A stretch of DNA of 62,069 bases, counting the filler, from Choristocarpus tenellus KU-1152 (Eukaryota > Protista > Phaeophyceae), in the NCBI GenBank assembly GCA_964200185.2. It is 9 parts of 9 records of this genome, joined end to end, with 100 filler letters (N's around TTAATTAATTAA, not from the genome) between each part and the next. Parts side by side here need not be neighbours in the genome. Positions count along the whole stretch, not along the records: positions 46,456 to 62,069 come from CAXNAD020000961.1; 8 more parts are not named here. One strand, 5' to 3'. The translations under genes were made by a program, and so were the position numbers. The notes beneath the pieces were generated by a model. That model worked only from the letters and a program-made list of their open reading frames with translations, searched no databases and was not told the origin of the DNA. This document shows, piece after piece, positions 53,608-62,069 of the stretch (position 1 is its first letter; each line of letters begins with the position of its first letter).

Positions 53608-56294
53608 GTTATCCTCATCTATCTTGGCAAAGTGCAAGATGGAGATGGGGGGGGAGGGGGCTTACCATACCTAAGTTTAGCCTCTGTGCTGTAGATTGAT
53701 TCCTTCTGGGCAGCTGCCCGCCTGCAAAAGGCAAGGAAAACCACTGTGGATATAGTTTTTGATTATTACTACTACATGAGAATAGCAAGATTCTTCTGGT
53801 CCGCTTCATTTTTTCATTTGACATTGTGGGTAGAGGTATCGAGAAGTTGGGGGGGGGGGGTGAATGTTTGATTTGAAGTGCTGATCTTCTCTGTAAATGA
53901 AGCAATGTGTAGAAATAGCTAGAGTTGGAGCTAACTGTTTGGCATTTTTTGGGGCATTTTTTTGTGAGATTGTGTTCCTGTTGACCTTTTGAAACTGATT
54001 TGTTTGGCACAGTCAGTCAACCCGTTTCTGTTTCTGCAGTAAGGTTCCTCCTCTAGGTCACCTCCAACCTTTTTCTTATTTCAAGGGAACATAAAGTAGC
54101 TTTCAAGGTGTACCAGAACGTTGCCGAGGCAACTTGGGCACGCCTTCCAATGTTAGAGGAAATCCTATTTGGAGTGCAAGTTTTGCTCTGAAAGTGTTTC
54201 GAAATAGCATGGAACAGAAAATTTAACCACTTTAATGTATTTGAATTCCCTTCACATCATGTAGTCCGAGAGACTCAGACCCGTGGTCAAACATAGCACA
54301 GGAGAAAAATAAAAATATAATACTGAAGATTGATGCAAGACTTGAAAACCATTACGCTGTTTCTTGTAGATATTCAGAACAAGGATCTAGAAGGGCAATA
54401 AACTGGGGATAGACCCTGTCACCAGAAGCAACAGAAAGCAAACATCAGCGCCAGGATCAAGCGCCGAGCCTATGGGGGGGGGAGGGGGGGGCTTCGTCTA
54501 TGGAGACATTAATCACATATCCCACGTTCAATGTATGAGTTTGTAGAATGAGGTATATCTTTTTTCATCACATGCCTTGCTTCTTTGTACATTTGAAATG
54601 TTCTGGTGTGTAGATTGAGGTACACCTTTTTTTGTTATCAGAACTTGCCGTCTGTGCAGAGTTTGTCACAGTTATTAGGAGGAACGGAAGAGTGAAGACT
54701 GGCGCATCCAGGGTTAGGGTTAGGGCTAGGGTTAGGGTTAGGGTTAGCAAGCAAAAGGTCTGCCGGCCCTGCAGGATCTATGTGTGAAATGGTTCGGCTG
54801 AAAGGATCAAATTGTCACCAGCAGAAAGGAACAATGGCGTACTATTGCCCATGCCCATGCCCATGCCCAGGTCAAGGTGTTTTTGTACATGCAGAGATCA
54901 CTGTCCAGTCATTGGCACATATGGTACAGGAATTACCTCTCAAAGCTAGGGTTGTTGCAGAGTTTATTTTCAGATGTCTGTGTCTCTTTCATGAGCCTGC
55001 CTTGTTTTCTGCATTGTATTGGTGTTGTATATGCCGGTTCTGTTTGAAGTTGATGGAGGACTCTTGAGAATTGACTCTAGAAAATTTCCCCTCTCGGATT
55101 GCAATTCTTCTTTTTTTTTAGTTTGTCGGGTGTGATTAGTTTTTCATAGAGTGCTTGGAACAGGCAAAAACGTATTACATATTTTTTAATTGTTGTTCCA
55201 AGTGGAAGAGGATGTCAGGAACTGTCATCAATTCGAGGATGGTCTCCAGTATGCACTGCTATGGTGTAGGATACATGAGTATCATCTCGCTAGCTCTCCC
55301 CCCTTACTCTTCTCTCCCAAGTGCCACTAATACACAATTGATGTCATAATTTGCAAACACAACCTGTTCCTTGTAGAAAGACAGACCTAATGGGTGATGT
55401 CGGCAAAACCAATAACTGTTGCATCAAATAGTCTTGAACTAGATTGGGTCTGCAGTTGGTGCATTGGACAACAGGTCACATGCGGACTTTGTAATTCATG
55501 GGGGAGGAAAGGGTGATCGAGGGCAACTCCTCCTGAATCTTAATTTTTCTCTTCAAGCATATGGGAGAAGAGATCGTCTCCTCAGACTTGGGTGATGACA
55601 TTGCCTGGCCATGGGTCCCCCTTCCTCCTCGGTGTCTGCTCTGAGCAACTTAGGGTTAGGGTTAGGGTTGAAATGTTTCCGTTGTATAACTTACTATTTT
55701 TGTTGTTTGTGATGTTTATTATTCCGGATGTGATAATGAACCTTGGAATATCTCCTTGGAAAGGAGAGGAGTATCCAAACCTGCTCTATGATGAGGGGAC
55801 CCTTCACAAAATGGCATTGGTGTGTAGTCACTGGTCATTCCACAATCGCCACCGCCATCTAATGTCATCCCTGAGTCTTGCTCATACCCCTAACCCTAAG
55901 AGTTCTTGGCACGTCTCCATTGCTGATTGAGAAAAAAAAAAAGTGAGGAAAGGATGCCGATGTGACCATACAATTTCTAGTTTCTCCTGCTGGTGAAGTG
56001 CACTGCTGTGGTGAGCAACACTTACCGATCATTACGTACTATTTACGATTTTTTTGTTCATCTCCGTCTCCAACACGGCACACCCAGGAGATGGAACAAG
56101 TGACTGGAGAGTGTGAGCACAGTATGTCTGCATTCCGGTCTCTGACCTTGATGTATGTCACTTTCCCTAACACCCCCATGGTTTCACTCGAGGGTTGGTA
56201 GCAGAAAACCCCTACAGCCCAAACGTACACCTCAAAGCCAGCCGATTTATTGCTGTCTCTGTGCAAGGAAACGTCCATTACAAAGAAGGATATG

Positions 56295-56552
56295 TCAGAA
56301 GGTGCAAATTCGTTTCAGGCATGGTTTGCCGTCCTCGCTGAATGTGATCGCCCCTGCAGAGGTCCTACGGAGAGTGAGGTCCTTGTCCTTGTCGTAGGTG
56401 ATGATGCTGTGTCTCCGCCGCATAGCCTCCTGACAGTTTGGCAGTTACAGGTTGAGATTTTTTGTTTGAGGAGGGATGCATTCGTGGGTTCTTGCTCTGG
56501 TTGTCAGTTGTGTACGGTGTGTATGGTAGGGTAACAGTGGCATCAGTGAATT

Positions 56553-56587
<35 letters not shown>

Positions 56588-59344
56588 ACACATTTATGGA
56601 GTTCTTATATCCTAAGAAGGTGGGGGGCGTACAATTTGGATGAAGTTTTTTTTCAATTTTTTTTTTCAAGACAGGAGGAGGTGCTACTTCTTTTTTCACT
56701 ATCCCTCTTTTCTGTTGGATAGTTTCTTTTTCTTGTTTTTGCAAAGTGGAACTGCCCAGCAAACTGGTATTCCATTTCGAACATACATACTCTAGAATAT
56801 ATATATACATACTACTCTATCCCATAAGTCTGTATCGTTACGGTTTTTTGAGAATATGTTTTTCAAAAGTGAGGTTCAGAAATGTCAAATAATTTCGTTC
56901 GAAAGCCAACAACTTCGCCTTCACATAGATATCTTCAAAAATATGTATCATTTCGAAATAGTTGAGAAACCGCCCCCTGAACACAAACGTTTTTTTTTCA
57001 AAAGTGGCACACTTAGCAAAAACCAGTAAAACCGATAAAGAATGGCTGAATATGATGCTTAATCGGTCATATTGTTTCAACGAGACCTCCAATGAAGATG
57101 CGGTTAGTTGCGTTGGATTCCTTGACGTTTTAAAATTTAAATTAACTGCTCTTCTCTCTCATTCTGTCCCCCAATCCACCAACTCATGGCCGTGTTGTAC
57201 GCATCTCATTCTGTCGAGCAGTGTCCAGACGACAAAGGGCCACGTGCTTTCACGTGTCTTATCAAATCTAAACTAATCACAAGGTGCATATGTACTGAAT
57301 GTATTTGTTTGTAGTTAGAGATTACTTCATAATAGTACAATTACTCAGTTATGTGGAAGAGTATCAACAGTGAAAGTGTCTTAGAGGGTATGAGTTTTGC
57401 CCTGTTTGTCCAATTGGGGCTTGGCTTCCCATGTTTTTTTTCATGACATTTTCCTACTCGAAAATGTTTCGGAGTAGGTAAAATGTATACGTTATGAAAA
57501 GGTGTGTCCGGAACATGGATACTGACACTTCCTAACAAACATAATAGCCAAAATTCAAAATCGCGACATTGGATTTTGGGCCCCAGATGGACGCAGCCCT
57601 ACCCTCTAAGATACTTTGACTCTCAAGCCTAAACTAATCACAAATATACTGAATGTCTTTGTTTGTAGTTAGAGATTACTTCATAATAGTATCAATACTC
57701 ACTTACGCGGAAGTGTATGTGAAAATACCTGTGTAGGACATTACTTCATAATAGTATCAATACTCACTTACGCGGAAGTGTATGTGAAAATACCTGTGCA
57801 GGACAAGTGGGGGTTACACAGCAATGTCACGTATTGGTCTACACCTTCCCCAACAATATATTTAGAAAACTGGAAATTGGATCAATGCAGTACATGATGA
57901 CCACCAATATGTGCTGCAATATATTAAATTTGGTTTGCTGTTGAAAGTGGAGAGTTGCCAGGATGGGGGAGGTGTGTGTTTGGGGGGGGGAGGGTAAGAA
58001 GTCGATTGGGGCAGTCAGAAGGTACTGCAAAATTGCTGTCCAATGAGAAGACAGGGCTCAATGGGGCTGTGGTAAGACTATCCCAGTTGGATGCCTGTTT
58101 TGCCAGTGATTTCGTTTCCGAGTTGGTTCAAGCAGGGAGATGAAAAAAGGAAAAATGTTGTAAAAAAAGCCATGGGAAACCAAGCCCCAAACGGAAAAAC
58201 AGGGCAAAAGTCGTATCCTCTAAGATACTTTCACTCTAAGTCTGCTTTCAGCTGACTTTGTGCTCAGAGCTTTTCTTCTCTTCAACAGCCACACCCTCCT
58301 AAGGGTGCCTGACTACATTTTAAAGGCATGGGCATAGGGTATACTACCTATGGTTCAGAATGAACCTAGAGCTTGAAAGGGTCAACATTGACCCCCCTAT
58401 CAATAAAAACGGCTTCAATCAACTCTAGTATCTTTGAGCAACGGTACTGAGAGATGGAGTACACTGTAATGAGTATTGGAGACTCCTAGGGCAAGAAAAA
58501 TCTGGTATTGACGTAAAAGATTAGGACAATGGTGATAAAAGACAATAGTAGTGATTGCCAAGAATAAATAGAATAAAAAGATACTAGCTAGGACAGAGAA
58601 AAATGAAAAATGACAGTGATAATCAACAGTGAAAAATGACAGTGGTAAATGGCAACATAATATTACATTGTGATGATGGGAATGATGATGGTGATGGTAT
58701 GGAAAACAATGAACGAAAATGGTGATGGTAAAAATAAGACCGAGGACCACAATAGTGTTTTGCATAGTGAAAACTCCCCCCCCAAATAGAATAGGCTGTA
58801 TATGATGTATCATCAAACAGAATGTACTCATTCATTCACTAACCTCCCCTCCCCTGCTATCAAAGCCGTTTATATCAAGATGTTGAGGTATTGGTGTGGT
58901 ACTAAGGTGCACCTTGGATTGGACAGTAATGACCTCTGTTGACATCTATTGACATCTATTGACATCTATTGACACCTGTTCTACTTCGAAGAATAGTCAG
59001 AGGTCCAGGGTGACTTGAGTCTGGGCTCAAGCAATCCACCTCCTTGACTCCCTACAGTGAGAGGATACTTTCACGTCTATTTTGTGACATTTTGCAGCAG
59101 AAAATTGAAGCACTCAATGCTGTTGGGTAATGGGTTGGATTGGTCAAGAAAGGAGGACAATCACTGCAGTATAATGACCTACACAGCTCCGTGAGGGTTC
59201 TTCATCCATTTCTGAGAGAGGAAGCAAGTTCCAGGTAGCACCCAAGCTCACCTGCTCCAGATGGATGTTCCTCAACTTTTCCTCCAGGACAATCTCGTGC
59301 TCCTCCAGCACCAATGGGTCGGTGTTAAAGTTGAATGTCGATAC
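56295..59344 (-). CDS. Unidentified protein, last two exons
   Basis: 59252-59344 (cttcag|VSTFNFNTDPLVLEEHEIVLEEKLRNIHLEQ|gtgagc, only phase 0 is open) joins 56295-56429 (ctgtcag|EAMRRRHSIITYDKDKDLTLRRTSAGAITFSEDGKPCLKRICTF*). GC3-rich codons; no family recognised. Confidence 0.6.
56863..57205. mobile_element. Partial copy (left arm) of the 46560-47143 foldback element
   Basis: Colinear similarity, e.g. TTCGAAA..CAACAACTTCG, GTTGAGAAA.CGCCCC, GGTTAGTTGCGTT.GATTCCTTG. Confidence 0.7.
57368..57622. mobile_element. MITE family C copy (further partial end at ~58136-58236)
   Basis: CAGTGAAAGTGTCTTAGAGGGTA ... TACCCTCTAAGATACTTTGACTC. Confidence 0.78.
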
Positions 59345-59797
59345 CTGAAGACAGCGGGGCTAGAATGTGTCACTCCAGAACAAGGTATCGATTGCAAAAA
59401 AACACAGTTCATTTCCCCCCCACTGTTTAGCTAAAACATTGCAATAAGAATACTTGAAAGAAGTTCAAAGTGTGGCCTGAGATGTCAAATGCGTGATATC
59501 GCCCGCCTTGCAAACATTCATGGCAAGGAGAATTAACACAAAAAAATTTGCAACACATTGGGTTTGTTATTCCTTAAGCGTTTCTATGTCTGCACACACG
59601 AGGAGCAGGCGTTTCCTGTATGCACTTGGCTTCAATAGACTGGAAAAAACAAAATATCAGCGGGGGGGGGGGGGGGGGGGTGCGAAGACCAAGAAGGACA
59701 TATTTTTTTTGGGTGGGGAGAAAAACGGTTTTGCTGTGTGAGNNNNNNNNNNTGGAGTAGTGCTATAATTCGTGCATGCGGAAAAAAGAAAAAAAAA

Positions 59798-59834
<37 letters not shown>

Positions 59835-61269
59835 CCAAACCTAAGGAGGCATTTATTTGTATGGTATGTCAAGAAACTGTCTTGCCCTGTGAGAGCTTTC
59901 TCACATCTCATATATATAGGTATGAAACCTGGATTTTTTACCATCTTAGGGTTGGGGTTAGGGTTAGGGTTAAGAGATGAATTTTACGAAAAAGAAACTA
60001 TTTCGTGGTAGAATAATGATCACATTAAAATGGGTGTGTTGTTTTGAGTGGAAATTTCATCTGTAAATAGCCTCAGAAAATGCTTAGACACACTCACACT
60101 GTCAGTAGCCTTTTGAATGTGAGAGATCAAAGCAAAATATTCCCAATTCAATTTACATCTTTTCTTCTAAGACTACCGCGAATCTAAACATATGGGGGGG
60201 GAAGCTTAGGAGAGAATGGGCATAATCTCCATCCGGTCAATTCCGAAATTAGGATGTCTTGTCCCTCGTGAGAACATACTGGCCTTGGGACAGGAGGGCT
60301 GTAGACTATAGCTGAATAGGGTGGATAGTGCAAACAAGACATGTGCCTGAGTAAGGGATGAGGAAGAAACAGTGCAGTAAGACTAAAAGTATCTCGGGGG
60401 GGGGGGAGGAAGAAAAAAAAGCCGCACGCACGGTCTTTTTGATTTTTGAGAGTTCTTGGTATGACAACATTGCTATCATTTTTTTATTTGTTGCTCTCTT
60501 GCGAACTTTGTAGTCTGTACAGTGTGGTCAAGTGGTTGAGTAGTATTGTATTTGAAAGAGGCGTTTATTTGCGTAGGGGAATGGAACTCCGTTTTTTGTT
60601 TGTTTGTTATCTTGGTGTTATTTTCTTTTTCTTTTATCGTGGTTTGTGTGTAGCGGAGCATATTCTGAATTTCCATCTCTCTCTTTTTTTATTTTTTTAT
60701 TTTTTTTTATTTTTTTTTGTTGTGGTTACAACCATCCCCATCTCCACGGTGTCCTTATCATGTCGATGATTTCGATTCCAGTCTTGTGCATCTCTTTCTA
60801 CTGCAGTGATAAAGAGAGCAAAGTCGACTCAGAGGTTGGCAGGTTTGGGACCCTTTTGCATGCTAAAGTAAGGCACTCCTCCTGCTCTGTTTCAGTAAGA
60901 CACACTGTTTCATTGCTCTATGTGCACGCACAACAGTGTATTTTGAAACTGAAACTGATATTCCCCTTTTCCACACGCAAGGGGACACCACAATTTCCAG
61001 CAAGAGGCTCTTCTTTCTGCAATTGTACAAATTAAAACACATTCTCGTGACCCTTAAAATGCAACCCTAACCCTATACCTCTCGATTGATTTGGCTCAAA
61101 GCTCCTTCCCTGACCCTGACCCTAACCCTAACCCTAACCCTCAGGCTTGTGTTGTGTTACGTTGTGTTGTACTGTGTGTGTATTTGTGTGTGTTAATTCT
61201 TGTCACGTACTGATTTTTATTGTGGGTGTGTGTATGATGTATTGACTACACCTATGATACATACATACG

Positions 61270-61300
<31 letters not shown>

Positions 61301-61327
61301 ATTTTTTTTTTTAATCCTCTCGAGCAG

Positions 61328-61459
61328 ATACAGGACTTGACAGAACAGGACCTCGTCAACTTGAGGAGAACAATCTACCTGACCATTATGTCCAGCGCGG
61401 GCTTTGAGGAGTGCGCGCACAAGCTCATGAAGCTCAACATCCAGGACGGCTATGAAATG
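61328..61459 (+). CDS. CWC22: Pre-mRNA splicing factor CWC22, internal exon at the start of the MA3/MI domain
   Basis: cag|IQDLTEQDLVNLRRTIYLTIMSSAGFEECAHKLMKLNIQDGYEM|gtgggt; matches the conserved CWC22 motif D.TE.NLV..RRTIYL.I.SS..FEECAHKL. Confidence 0.92.
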
Positions 61460-62069
61460 GTGGGTTACCATCTGTACTGGCTTCTGTAGTATCGCTTGAT
61501 GGGTAGATGCATGGCAGGTGTCAAGGTGAGGGCGTGTGGGGCTTGTTAAGAGGGCGATGGCATGTCTTTCCATGAAAGGTTTGTACCTCCCCTCCCCCCC
61601 CCTGTTCGAGCAGACATGTAGACACACGTCTGTTTTGATGTGGTCACTTCATTGGGTCAATGAGGGTTTGAAGAGTCCATCGCCTCCGATGTGAAGCATG
61701 GGAATGATGAGCACCTTGATGGGTGTTCCAACACACTTTCAGGGCGTGTTGGTGCTCTTGTATTGTGGTTGTTTTTTTTGTGTGTGTATATAGTCTGGAG
61801 TACATGATATGTATTTATGTACTCATCTGCTTATATACACATAAATGTTTCTATTCGTGGATGTATGAATTTGTACAGGGGTGGTGTCATTAAATCATCT
61901 GCTCTTTTTACTGCTTCTTAACCCCTAAACCAGGCAATCGTACAAGACTCCTTTGTCCTATCCTAGAGATGATATATGCCGGCCTTTTCCTCTCTCTGCA
62001 TCCCCCTGACTCTACCCCCCCTTCTTTGGGTAATGTTATGTTTTTTAGAGAAAAAAAGAAAGATTTTTT

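Overview
Eukaryotic, intron-rich nuclear DNA, probably from a photosynthetic stramenopile such as a brown alga. That assignment is inferred from a nuclear ispH, short exons with ~1 kb introns, and TTAGGG-type repeats. The window is not one locus. Eight artificial 100-nt spacers (N44-TTAATTAATTAA-N44) join nine contigs, and there is one further 10-N gap. Hand-spliced genes: eight internal exons of a USP9X/USP24/USP34-like deubiquitinase (minus strand, introns packed with telomere-type repeats), the last three exons of ispH/HDR (with a GC-AG intron), a complete RPB9 whose start codon appears split by an intron (A|TG), the last two exons of an unidentified gene, and one CWC22 exon. RNA genes: tRNA-Ser(CGA) and tRNA-Val(CAC) with a decayed tandem copy. 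Most of the rest is transposon debris: PIF/Harbinger-like MITEs with shared termini, long foldback palindromes, minisatellites, an intronless SET-domain pseudogene facing a possible hAT transposase tail, and a decayed orphan ORF cluster. No CRISPR array or prokaryotic system is supported. All homology calls come from recalled motifs, not from searches.
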